Assembly: GCA_002787695.1 (NCBI GenBank)
Contig: PCXL01000011.1
Location: 138,250 to 202,249, forward strand
Direction: 5' to 3'
DNA length: 64,000 nucleotides
Origin: Candidatus Zambryskibacteria bacterium CG10_big_fil_rev_8_21_14_0_10_42_12
Lineage (GTDB): Bacteria > Patescibacteriota > Minisyncoccia > Phycocordibacterales > 1-14-0-10-42-12
Part shown: positions 28,279 to 37,769 of the stretch, one piece after another
Position numbering within the stretch: the stretch's first letter is position 1
Layout: each line of letters opens with the position of its first letter
Notes under the pieces: generated by a model
Databases searched by the model: none
What the model was told of the DNA's origin: nothing
What the model saw: only the letters and a program-made list of their open reading frames with translations
Made by a program: the position numbers and the translations under genes

Positions 28279-30021
28279 ATGCAACTCCTTTTCGCTGAGG
28301 TTAAAAAATATAAGAAGACGCTTGCGGGCGCGCTTGTGCTTGCGACTGTCAACCAGGTTTTTTCTTTGCTTGATCCGCAGATTTTCCGAATTATTATTGA
28401 TAACTATGCGACAAGAGTTACAGAGCTTACGAGGCAAGAATTTCTAACTGGAGTACTCCTTATGCTCCTCGCCTACATGGGTGTTGCATTTATTTCTCGG
28501 ACTGCAAAAGCGTTTCAAGACTACTATACGAATGTCATGACCCAGCGAGTTGGGACCAACCTCTACGCGCAAAGTGTTGCGCATGCATTTTCACTTCCGT
28601 TTTCCGTTTTTGAAGACGAGAGGAGTGGAGAGCTTCTCAATAAATTGCAGAAGGCGCGTACCGATACTCAGACACTCATTCAAAATTTGGTGAATATTTT
28701 GTTTCTCTCAGTTATTGGTATTGTTTTTGTGCTTATTTACGCGGCGACTATACATTGGCTCATTGGACTTGTATTTTTCTTGATGATTCCAACACTCGGA
28801 TTCATTATTTTTTTCTTGAGCAAGAAGATAAAGGAAGCGCAGGCAATGATCGTGAAAGAAACTGCTGCACTTTCAGGGTCTACGACGGAGACACTTCGTA
28901 ATGTAGAGCTGGTAAAGAGTTTAGGGCTTGAGGGGCAAGAAATCGGACGACTAAACTCTGTAAACGAAAAAATTCTTGACCTTGAGCTCAAGAAAGTGCA
29001 AATGGTGAGAAAGCTCGATTATATCCAGGGCACACTCATCAATGCGCTCCGGAGCCTTGTATTGTTTGTCATCCTCTGGCTTGTCTTTACACAGGTGGTC
29101 TCAATCGGTGAGTTTTTGACACTGTGGATCTATACATTTTTCGTCTTCGGGCCGCTCTCTATGATAGGCCAGGTGACCGCTTCATATCAGGAGGCCAAGG
29201 CGAGTTTGGAACAGCTTGAAGCAGTATTTAAGATAAAGCCCGAACCAGTGCCGGCTGATGCGGTGCGTATCGAACACGTGGAGTCTGTGGCTTACGAACA
29301 GGTATCACTCTCCTATGAAGAGAAAGGCAAAGCGGCACTAGATGGTATTAGTCTCAACATCAAAGCGGGAGAGACGGTGGCGTTTGTTGGCCCATCTGGA
29401 TCCGGAAAAAGTACCATGGTGAAATTACTTGCAGGATTGTATACACCTACGGAAGGTACGATACGTATCAATGATACTGACATGCGCAAGCTTGATATCA
29501 CCAGTCTCCGCCATAAAGTGGGACTTGTGGTGCAAGAAACGCAGTTGTTTGCCGGAACACTTCGAGAAAATTTGTTGTTTGTAAAACCAGACGCAACAGA
29601 TGAGCGGTGTTTGGAAGTTTTGAAAGCGGCACAAGCGCAGAGCATTCTAGACCGCGGAGAAGGACTCGATACGGTTATTGGTGAAGGAGGTATCAAACTT
29701 TCTGGTGGAGAAAAGCAGCGTCTTGCTATTGCGCGAGCACTTTTGCGTGATCCTGATTTGATCGTCTTTGATGAAGCAACATCGAGCCTTGATTCAATCA
29801 CAGAAAAATCTATCACCGATACCATTAAAAAAATTGAAGAGACGCATCCGAATATGATCAAGGTGCTTGTGGCACACAGACTTTCAACGATTATGCATGC
29901 CGATCGGATTTACGTATTTGAAAAAGGGAAAATTGTAGAGATGGGCCGACATGATGAACTTGTTCAACGCGGCGGCCTTTACAACGCCCTCTGGCGCGAA
30001 CAGATAGCAGCAAACTCATAG
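28279..30021 (+). CDS. ABC exporter, fused permease/ATPase
   Basis: TM domain; GPSGSGKS, LSGGEKQR, DEATSSLD, AHRLST. Confidence 0.95.
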   Translation: MQLLFAEVKKYKKTLAGALVLATVNQVFSLLDPQIFRIIIDNYATRVTELTRQEFLTGVLLMLLAYMGVAFISRTAKAFQDYYTNVMTQRVGTNLYAQSVAHAFSLPFSVFEDERSGELLNKLQKARTDTQTLIQNLVNILFLSVIGIVFVLIYAATIHWLIGLVFFLMIPTLGFIIFFLSKKIKEAQAMIVKETAALSGSTTETLRNVELVKSLGLEGQEIGRLNSVNEKILDLELKKVQMVRKLDYIQGTLINALRSLVLFVILWLVFTQVVSIGEFLTLWIYTFFVFGPLSMIGQVTASYQEAKASLEQLEAVFKIKPEPVPADAVRIEHVESVAYEQVSLSYEEKGKAALDGISLNIKAGETVAFVGPSGSGKSTMVKLLAGLYTPTEGTIRINDTDMRKLDITSLRHKVGLVVQETQLFAGTLRENLLFVKPDATDERCLEVLKAAQAQSILDRGEGLDTVIGEGGIKLSGGEKQRLAIARALLRDPDLIVFDEATSSLDSITEKSITDTIKKIEETHPNMIKVLVAHRLSTIMHADRIYVFEKGKIVEMGRHDELVQRGGLYNALWREQIAANS

Positions 30022-30156
30022 ACAATAATGAATATGAAAACGATCATTGTCATGATCACCGAATTTATTTTGTGGAGAAATCTGTAAAAAGAGCACAATA
30101 ATTAGGTTACGATACGACAAGTATTATGATCTGATTTCTGATATTATCAATATAGT

Positions 30157-30903
30157 ATGAAAACATTTTATATTATTTTAGGTATATTACTCGTAGTATT
30201 AGGTGGTTTTTGGCTATTGGGTAGTAGGGAGGCTGGGGACGATACTCAGAACATAACGACAGAATTAACAGAATATTTTGCAGAGAGAATGACAACCCTT
30301 GGCGTACGTGGAGGCATGATGCCGATTGAAGGATTTGATGCAGGGCTACTTATAGGAGCATTTCCAGGATTGATAAAAGCTGACTTTCAGGACGTGGAGA
30401 CATTTGAAGGCCACTATGAGATTCAGGCGGGAGAATTGGTATTTGTTCGAGATCAAGAACAGCCAATTTCTTCAGCTGAACGAACAGTCTCTAATGAAGG
30501 ATATGGTACATTACTGCAAAACCTGTCTACACGTCTTGATATGACTGTAAACTCTGAGAGTGATATTGATGCAATTATTGATACTATTAATATCAGTGAG
30601 ATAATTGAAACAAAGATTGATCAAGGTGCATCCGCCTACAGCATCACAATAGTTCCTCAGGAAGTACTAGAGGACAGCAGGTGTCCAATAGATGTTGAAT
30701 GTATTCAAGCAGGAACAGTGAGGGTAAAAGCGGTGGTAGAGAGTGATACAGGATCTGCAGAATATATATTTGAACCATTTAGTACGCTTACAATTGATGC
30801 GATAGATGTAACTCTTGTGCAGGTTGCACCCATGCCGGAAAGTGGAGTGACGATTGATCAAGATACATACGCATTTGTCTTTGAAGTTGTTGATAGAACG
30901 TAG
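30157..30903 (+). CDS. Membrane-anchored hypothetical protein
   Basis: N-terminal TM; EDSRCPIDVECIQAG motif. Confidence 0.8.
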   Translation: MKTFYIILGILLVVLGGFWLLGSREAGDDTQNITTELTEYFAERMTTLGVRGGMMPIEGFDAGLLIGAFPGLIKADFQDVETFEGHYEIQAGELVFVRDQEQPISSAERTVSNEGYGTLLQNLSTRLDMTVNSESDIDAIIDTINISEIIETKIDQGASAYSITIVPQEVLEDSRCPIDVECIQAGTVRVKAVVESDTGSAEYIFEPFSTLTIDAIDVTLVQVAPMPESGVTIDQDTYAFVFEVVDRT

Positions 30904-30941
30904 AACCATACACCGCGCACGCGGTGTATAGTCCTAACTTC

Positions 30942-30974
30942 TTCATGAAAAATTCATATGAATAGCATTAATAT
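30942..30974 (+). promoter_or_regulatory. Direct-repeat box TTCAT-N6-TTCAT plus -10 (candidate autoregulatory site)
   Basis: TTCAT 30942 and 30953, TAATAT 30969; same layout at four other loci. Confidence 0.65.
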
Positions 30975-30980
30975 AAAGGT

Positions 30981-31652
30981 ATGCGCATAGCACTTGTTGA
31001 AGATGAGGAAAAATTGGCAGACGTATTAAGTAATGGACTGGAACAAAAAGGGTATGCAGTAGATGTGTTTCATCACGGAGATAAAGCACTTAAGCATATG
31101 TCTGTTAACCATGCAGATTATGATGTAATGCTCCTGGATTTAATGTTGCCTGGTGCAGATGGCTTAACGATATGTAAGTCTCTTCGTGATGTGGGATCCA
31201 CGATACCAATTTTGATTCTCACTGCGCGTGACGAGATTGACACCAAGGTTGATCTGTTGATGACAGGTGCAGACGATTATATTGTTAAACCTTTTTCATT
31301 CAATGAGCTTGTGGCTCGTATCGCGGCAATTTCACGTAGACCTACGCATATGTCTCCTACAAAGCTTGTGGTAGGAGGTATTGTATTAGATCCCAAGACA
31401 CGTACCGTCAAAAAGGATGGTAAAGAAGTGCCACTTACACTAAAAGAGTTTGTGATGCTCGAATATTTTATGAAAAGACCAAATGAAGTCGTAAACAGAG
31501 AAGATCTATTGACTCATTTATGGGATTTTAATTTTTCATCATTTAGCAATGTAGTCGATGTCCATGTTAAAAACCTTAGGAAAAAGCTTGGTGATGATAA
31601 CCAAGACATATTGGAGACAATTCGCGGGGTGGGTTATCGCCTTAAAGCATAA
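30981..31652 (+). CDS. OmpR/PhoB-family response regulator
   Basis: LVEDE, LLDLMLPG, GADDYIVKPF, SNVVDVHVKNLRKKL, TIRGVGY. Confidence 0.96.
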   Translation: MRIALVEDEEKLADVLSNGLEQKGYAVDVFHHGDKALKHMSVNHADYDVMLLDLMLPGADGLTICKSLRDVGSTIPILILTARDEIDTKVDLLMTGADDYIVKPFSFNELVARIAAISRRPTHMSPTKLVVGGIVLDPKTRTVKKDGKEVPLTLKEFVMLEYFMKRPNEVVNREDLLTHLWDFNFSSFSNVVDVHVKNLRKKLGDDNQDILETIRGVGYRLKA

Positions 31653-32727
31653 ATACGGCACCGATCCATTTTTCAAGACTGAATTTAATGTTGTCAGTTT
31701 ACAAATATTATTTGCGACATGTTTAATCATCATTGTTGCAATTTATTTCAATAGTCTCTTTCAAGATACTACGGAGTCATTATTGGAAAATATTATTTCT
31801 GTTGTAGAAGGGAGACAAAATGTTGATTCTGCGAGCATCATCGAATTATCGCGGCAAGAAATGAAAAAAAGTCTCTTTTCTTTTTTTGGTGTTGCTATAG
31901 CACTGACAGTTGTATTTAGTTATGTGATCGGACGTATTACGCTCAAGCCAGCTCGAACTGCTCTCAAAACGCAAAAACGGTTTATTAGTGATATTGCACA
32001 CGAACTCAGGACACCAATTTCTGTGATTAAGACGAATATTGAAGTAACGCTCATTGATCAAAACATTGACCCGCGTATTAAAGCAATGCTTGAAAGTAAT
32101 ATTGAAGAACTTGACCGGACATCAGAAATTATCAATAACCTTCTCAGTTTTAACCAATTAATTCGTCCAGGTAAGATGCGGTTTGCAGAGGTGCATGTGG
32201 GACACGTAATCGATAAAAGTGTGGCACACCTTAAGCAGTTGGCAGCGAAGAAGCATATTGAAATCACTGTACATAAAGTTGAATCGTGCGTTGTTTTTGG
32301 TAATGCTACGGCAATTGAGCAAATAGTGACTAATTTGGTAAAAAATGCGATTACGTATACTTCTGATGGTGGTTTTATAAAAATAGTGGTGGAACCGTAT
32401 TATGGAGAAAACGTACTTATTTCGGTGGAGGATACTGGGGTAGGTATATCACAAGATGATTTGGCGCATATATTTGAACCATTTTATCGTGCGGAGCGAT
32501 CACGAAACAAAAATATAGGTTCTGGCGGCAGTGGTCTTGGTCTCACAATCGTGAGTGAGCTTGTAAAGTTACATTCAGGTAGAATTTCAATTCGTAGTTA
32601 TCCTAATAAAGGTACAACTGTTAACGTGCTGTTGCCTATTAATAATGCTACGCATCTACGCATTAAGGAAAAAGTTAACCAGAAAAATGAAGTTACGGTT
32701 GATTTTTATAATACACACAATACGTAA
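31558..32727 (+). CDS. Sensor histidine kinase (start uncertain, overlaps regulator 3' end)
   Basis: Two TMs, AHELRTP, NLVKNA, DTGVGI, GSGLGL. Confidence 0.93.
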   Translation: MSMLKTLGKSLVMITKTYWRQFAGWVIALKHKYGTDPFFKTEFNVVSLQILFATCLIIIVAIYFNSLFQDTTESLLENIISVVEGRQNVDSASIIELSRQEMKKSLFSFFGVAIALTVVFSYVIGRITLKPARTALKTQKRFISDIAHELRTPISVIKTNIEVTLIDQNIDPRIKAMLESNIEELDRTSEIINNLLSFNQLIRPGKMRFAEVHVGHVIDKSVAHLKQLAAKKHIEITVHKVESCVVFGNATAIEQIVTNLVKNAITYTSDGGFIKIVVEPYYGENVLISVEDTGVGISQDDLAHIFEPFYRAERSRNKNIGSGGSGLGLTIVSELVKLHSGRISIRSYPNKGTTVNVLLPINNATHLRIKEKVNQKNEVTVDFYNTHNT

Positions 32728-32864
32728 CTTTGTTTCATATTTTCTTCACGCACTATCTTTATAATAAGAAACAGAACAGATGGTGCACTCTGTAAGTTCC
32801 TATCTATTACTTGACTAATAAATTACCAAATTACTTATTGGTTTTATAATATTCTTTATATAAT

Positions 32865-32945
32865 ATGAAATACGTAAACACTATGGTGTGTGCGTGTGGT
32901 GTTTTAGAAGGTGGTGTGCATATATACACAATTAGCAATTTGTAG
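32865..32945 (+). CDS. Possible 26-aa peptide with CxC
   Basis: MKYVNTMVCACGVLEGGVHIYTISNL between boxed promoter (32734-32765) and strong terminator. Confidence 0.35.
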   Translation: MKYVNTMVCACGVLEGGVHIYTISNL

Positions 32946-32990
32946 GGGAGGTCACGCGTTGTTCGCCACGCGTGACCTCCCCGCTTTTAT
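32945..32990 (+). terminator. Intrinsic terminator
   Basis: 15-bp perfect stem ggggaggtcacgcgt/acgcgtgacctcccc followed by T run. Confidence 0.8.
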
Positions 32991-33066
32991 ATACTCCTTC
33001 CTAAAATTGCATAAATATGCTTTAATTCACCTCTTTGTGCAAAAGCACTAAGGGGTGAATTACATT

Positions 33067-34854
33067 ATGGAAATCAGAAACATAGCCATTATTGCTCACG
33101 TTGACCACGGTAAGACTACGCTTACTGATGCTTTAATGCGTGAGACCGGAATGGTTGAAGAAGGAGTGAGTATGGACTCAAATACGCTTGAAAAGGAGCG
33201 CGGTATTACGATTTACTCAAAAAATACCTCAATCAACTACAAAGGGACGAAGATAAATATTGTTGATACACCAGGACACGCCGACTTTAGTTCAGAGGTT
33301 GAGCGTGTACTCCGGTCTATCGATTCTGTCGTGTTGCTTGTTGACGCACAGGAAGGTCCTATGCCACAGACTCGGTTTGTGCTCAAAAAATCTCTTGAAC
33401 TCGGCCATAAGCCTATTGTCGTACTTAACAAAATAGACAAACCGGCCGCAGACCCAAAACGAGTGCATGACGAAATCCTAGAGCTCTTTTTTGATCTGGG
33501 AGCAAGTGAGAACCAGGTAGAATTTACTACGGTCTATGCTATTGGCCGCGATGGTGTAGCGATGAAAAACATCGACGATGAACGAAAGAATCTCGAACCA
33601 TTACTCGATGTGATTCTTGAAGAAGTTCCTGCGGCTTCAGGTAAGAATGATGCGCCTCTCCGTGCCCAACCATTTAACCTCGGATACGATAACTTCCTTG
33701 GACGTCTCGCTATTGCACGTGTCTATGAAGGAACACTCTCCGTCGGAGATCAGGTATTTAGGCACAAAGTTTCTGGAGGTGTTGAGAAAGGAAAAATCAC
33801 GAAATTATTTACCTTTGAAGGGCTTACTCGAAGAGAAGTTAATACTGTCGAATCGGGTGATATTGTAATGATCGCTGGTATACCAGAGGTTTATATTGGA
33901 GATACTATTTCAAAAGACGAGAACACAGAACCGCTACCAGCTATTTCGGTTGATGAACCAACCATTGCGCTGACATTTTTAGTAAACGATTCTCCATTTG
34001 CAGGACGAGAAGGCAAATTTGTCACTGGTCGACAGATTCGTGAACGACTGGAAAAAGAACTTGAAGTAAATGTCGGACTCAAAGTATTTTTCATAGATGA
34101 TGGGATTAAGGTGTTGGGTCGTGGTGAACTTCATATTGCAATTTTACTTGAAAACATGAGCCGTGAAGGGTATGAGGTACAAGTCTCACAACCACAAGTT
34201 ATTATTAAAAACATTCTCGGTGTACGAAAAGAGCCGTTTGAAGAAGTGACTATTGATGTACCAGCGGGTGTCGAAGGATCTATCATTGAAAAGCTTTCAA
34301 AGCGAGGATCTATCATGACCAATATGAAGCAGGATGGAAACGTCGTGCGCCTGACCTTTGAAGGACCAACACGAGGACTTCTCGGATATCGTGGTCAGTT
34401 TATTGTTGATACAAAAGGTGAAGGTATTTTTGCGTCTCGTGTGATTGGCTTTAAACCATACGCAGGTGTTATCGAGAAACGACAAGTTGGCTCTATGATA
34501 TCTATGGAAAATGGTAAGGCGCTTGCTTTTGCACTCGACAACCTTCAGACACGCGGAACACTTTATATCGAACCGGGAACAGAAGTATACGAAGGTATGG
34601 TTGTAGGTAACACCGTCAAAGGAGAAGAAATGACAGTGAATCCAACGAAAGGAAAACAGCTCACTAACATGCGTGCATCTGGGTCTGACGGCTCTGTTTA
34701 TCTCAATCCTGCACTTAAAATAACTATTGAACGAGGACTTGAGATCATGTCTGATGACGAATATCTCGAAGTGACTCCTAAAAACGTCCGCCTCCGTAAA
34801 AAATATCTCACCGAAACAGAGCGTAAGAAGCATGAGAGGAAGAGTGAAGTATAG
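33067..34854 (+). CDS. typA: Translational GTPase TypA/BipA
   Basis: AHVDHGKTT, ERGITI, GRGELH, KGKQLTNMRASG, LEVTPKNVRLRK. Confidence 0.97.
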   Translation: MEIRNIAIIAHVDHGKTTLTDALMRETGMVEEGVSMDSNTLEKERGITIYSKNTSINYKGTKINIVDTPGHADFSSEVERVLRSIDSVVLLVDAQEGPMPQTRFVLKKSLELGHKPIVVLNKIDKPAADPKRVHDEILELFFDLGASENQVEFTTVYAIGRDGVAMKNIDDERKNLEPLLDVILEEVPAASGKNDAPLRAQPFNLGYDNFLGRLAIARVYEGTLSVGDQVFRHKVSGGVEKGKITKLFTFEGLTRREVNTVESGDIVMIAGIPEVYIGDTISKDENTEPLPAISVDEPTIALTFLVNDSPFAGREGKFVTGRQIRERLEKELEVNVGLKVFFIDDGIKVLGRGELHIAILLENMSREGYEVQVSQPQVIIKNILGVRKEPFEEVTIDVPAGVEGSIIEKLSKRGSIMTNMKQDGNVVRLTFEGPTRGLLGYRGQFIVDTKGEGIFASRVIGFKPYAGVIEKRQVGSMISMENGKALAFALDNLQTRGTLYIEPGTEVYEGMVVGNTVKGEEMTVNPTKGKQLTNMRASGSDGSVYLNPALKITIERGLEIMSDDEYLEVTPKNVRLRKKYLTETERKKHERKSEV

Positions 34855-34901
34855 ACACATCCTGATAATCAAATGTAAATAGGAGAAAATAAAACGTAAT
34901 T

Positions 34902-35687
34902 ATGGATCCTAATATAAAGTTAAATAGGGCACGAAAACGCCTTGATGAGCTTCAAATCTGGATCGATAAGTATTTTTCTGTGACTCCATATAAAGTGTCA
35001 GTGCGTACCAACTCAGAAAATAGATCAGAATATTACCTGTGTGACGTAGTACCTGTTCCGGTCGATATTACATTACTGGCTTGTGAAGTCATACAAAACT
35101 TAAGAAGTTCACTAGATCATCTTGTGTATAAAGCTTTTAAAACTGATCCTGCAAATAATAAAAAGGATGGGTCACGTATTTGTTTTCCCATAAATGATAG
35201 TAAAGAAGGATATGATCTTGAAAAGAATAAAAAAATTGTAGGTGTGCCACAAGCAATTAGAGACAAAATTGACGTGTATAAACCGTATAAAGAAGGAAAT
35301 ATTATACTTTGGCAGCTACATAAGCTAAATAATATTGATAAACACCGCTTACCTGTGACGGTTGGTTCAAGAAATGGTGGGGTTGATATAATGCCTAGTA
35401 TTTTGCAGACAATGGGCGCAATAACAAATCTAAAAAAATTTGATGAACTTCAAAAAAATACGGGACCACTTTATCTTGTTCCCTCTGACAATTCTCCAGT
35501 AAAGAAGGGAGATATACTCTTCGTTGATTTACCGGGTAAATCTCCGATACAAATGGATTTCCAATTTTTCATAACTTTTTATGAGCCTGGAATAATAATG
35601 GGAAGTGAAATTAAAATAACTCTAGAAAGTATGTATTCGGAAGTATCAAAAATCGTGCGTGAAGTTAATGAATTGTTTGTTGTTTAG
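34902..35687 (+). CDS. Hypothetical protein (possible divergent HEPN-like)
   Basis: NLRSSLDHL and LHKLNNIDKHR motifs; AT-rich. Confidence 0.7.
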   Translation: MDPNIKLNRARKRLDELQIWIDKYFSVTPYKVSVRTNSENRSEYYLCDVVPVPVDITLLACEVIQNLRSSLDHLVYKAFKTDPANNKKDGSRICFPINDSKEGYDLEKNKKIVGVPQAIRDKIDVYKPYKEGNIILWQLHKLNNIDKHRLPVTVGSRNGGVDIMPSILQTMGAITNLKKFDELQKNTGPLYLVPSDNSPVKKGDILFVDLPGKSPIQMDFQFFITFYEPGIIMGSEIKITLESMYSEVSKIVREVNELFVV

Positions 35688-35732
35688 CGTTGATTATACA
35701 CACAAGAATTCTAGTATTGAATTAGACAAATA

Positions 35733-36045
35733 TTGACTTTTATCTAAATACTTGCTATTGTGGCTTGCGTAAGGAATCTCCCCACATGCTTAGGGCATTT
35801 TAGAAAGAGAAGCCCTACAGCAGATAATCGAAGCTTTATATCTATTACTGCTTTATTTAACCAGAACTTTGTTTAAAATTCTGGACTACTACGAATTCGT
35901 ATAACGGGCTGCAAACCAGCGCTTCGAAAACCTCAACGTAACGCTGTTATGTTTCGCTTTTCTCAGCGAGTTTTCGCCTCGTTCTACATCTTCTCGTTAC
36001 GTCAATAATTTTAAACAAAGTTCTTATCCCTAAGGGTGCTTATTT
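35733..36045 (+). promoter_or_regulatory. Sigma70 promoter and ~280-nt structured leader of DEAD-box helicase
   Basis: TTGACT-17-TATTGT; perfect 18-bp inverted repeat 35863-35880/36007-36024; nested stem 35936-35943/35995-36002. Confidence 0.7.
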
Positions 36046-37350
36046 ATGTATAAAACAAAAAACAATTTTAAAAGTGGCAAGCGGTCATTTGGTGGTCGCG
36101 GCTCATTTCAGAAACGACGTGGCAGCCAGAATCATGGTTCTCGCGGTCGTGGTCCGAAACCTTCGTATATCGATGAATCGAAGCTTATTAATCGTGCAGA
36201 AGTAGAAACTGTTACTGAAGCGTATGTACCGACACATACGTTTAATGACTTTGCGGTTGATGAACGGATTAAACAAAACTTGTCACGAAGCGGTTTTGTA
36301 ACGCCAACACCTATTCAGGATCAGACAATTCCACATGCGCTCAAAGGAAGAGATGTCGTAGGTATTGCAAACACCGGAACAGGAAAAACGCTCGCGTTTA
36401 TCTTGCCGCTTTTGGATAAGGCACTCAAAAACCCACGTGAGAAAATGCTCATCGTAGCGCCGACTCGTGAGCTTGCACAACAGATCGAAGCAGAGCTATT
36501 TAAGTTTACAAAAGGACTTAATATCTTTTCTGTTGTGGGTGTAGGTGGTCTGCCTATTTACAAGCAAATATCGTTCTTGAAGCGCGGGTATACATTTGTG
36601 ATCGGTACACCAGGGCGCCTCATGGACTTGCGAGACCGCAAAGCACTTGATTTTTCAAAGTTCAATACAGTTGTACTCGACGAAGCAGACCGCATGTTAG
36701 ACATGGGATTTATTAAAGACATTGAATCGATGCTTAAAGAAATGCCGGCGAATCGTCAGACACTCTTTTTCTCAGCGACTATGTCACGAGAAATCGAAGC
36801 ACTTATCGGACGATTTTTGAAAGACCATGTGACCGTATCTGTAAAGACACGCGAGACATCAAAGACTATTGATCAGGACGTGGTGCGTATTAACGGAGGT
36901 GCATCAAAACTTGAAACTTTGGCAGAAATGCTCATTAAAGAAGAATTTGAAAAAGTACTTATCTTCGGAAAAACAAAACGAGGTGTAGAAGATCTGTCAC
37001 GATCACTCGTAGCGAAAGGTTTTAAATCCGAATCTGTTCATGGTGATAAGGCACAGTCACAAAGACAGCGATCCCTCCTTGCCTTTAAACGAAACAATGT
37101 GCAAATCCTTGTTGCAACGGATGTGGCCGCACGTGGTCTTGATATCCCAAATGTGAGTCATGTGATCAACTTTGATATGCCAGCAACATATGAAGACTAT
37201 GTGCACCGTATCGGACGAACTGGTCGTGGTGGTAAAACAGGAAAGGCACTTACGTTTGTTGAAGAACGTGCACCTAGACATTCACAAGGAGACAGACCAA
37301 AAAGGCAGTTTACACCACAAAGACACGCAGCAAACCGCTATAGTCGGTAA
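36046..37350 (+). CDS. DEAD-box RNA helicase (RhlE/CshA-like)
   Basis: TPIQ, TGTGKT, PTRELA, DEAD, SAT, HRIGRTGR. Confidence 0.96.
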   Translation: MYKTKNNFKSGKRSFGGRGSFQKRRGSQNHGSRGRGPKPSYIDESKLINRAEVETVTEAYVPTHTFNDFAVDERIKQNLSRSGFVTPTPIQDQTIPHALKGRDVVGIANTGTGKTLAFILPLLDKALKNPREKMLIVAPTRELAQQIEAELFKFTKGLNIFSVVGVGGLPIYKQISFLKRGYTFVIGTPGRLMDLRDRKALDFSKFNTVVLDEADRMLDMGFIKDIESMLKEMPANRQTLFFSATMSREIEALIGRFLKDHVTVSVKTRETSKTIDQDVVRINGGASKLETLAEMLIKEEFEKVLIFGKTKRGVEDLSRSLVAKGFKSESVHGDKAQSQRQRSLLAFKRNNVQILVATDVAARGLDIPNVSHVINFDMPATYEDYVHRIGRTGRGGKTGKALTFVEERAPRHSQGDRPKRQFTPQRHAANRYSR

Positions 37351-37393
37351 ACAAAATTGAGTGTTTGTGGTAGGTTGGGTATACTATTGGTAT

Positions 37394-37705
37394 ATGTCAG
37401 CAGAAAGTGAACTAAAAATGGTAGAGAGTCGTATTGAGCGTTTAGTCCAAGAAATTGAGAAGCTTCAATTTAATTTGGAGGCTGAAGAAAATAAACAGAA
37501 ACAGGTGCAACAACAAATCGATAAACAAACTCAAGAACTTGATAAGCACAACAAAGAAGTCAGCAGGATCAAACAATTAATTTTAAAAATGGATAAAGAT
37601 CGTATCCAAGAAGAAAATCGTAAAAATAAGCTTGCTACAGAAGTTGCAAACGAGGAAAGAAAAAAACAGGAAGAAGACATGGCAAAACGTAATAAAGCAG
37701 CATAA
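37394..37705 (+). CDS. Coiled-coil hypothetical protein
   Basis: E/K/Q-rich heptad ORF; TATACT just upstream. Confidence 0.75.
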   Translation: MSAESELKMVESRIERLVQEIEKLQFNLEAEENKQKQVQQQIDKQTQELDKHNKEVSRIKQLILKMDKDRIQEENRKNKLATEVANEERKKQEEDMAKRNKAA

Positions 37706-37708
37706 AAC

Positions 37709-37747
37709 AAATAACCCCTCACATGGGTCCCATGTGAGGGGTTATTT
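37709..37747. terminator. Bidirectional terminator
   Basis: aaataacccctcacatggg-t-cccatgtgaggggttattt. Confidence 0.85.
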
Positions 37748-37769
37748 TGTGTACACGGAGTTGAGTTAA

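Noticed and set aside
30028-30101. Possible relic of the ABC exporter C-terminus (NMKTIIV / HRIYFVEK)
   Set aside because: Similarity is short, split over two frames and could be chance.
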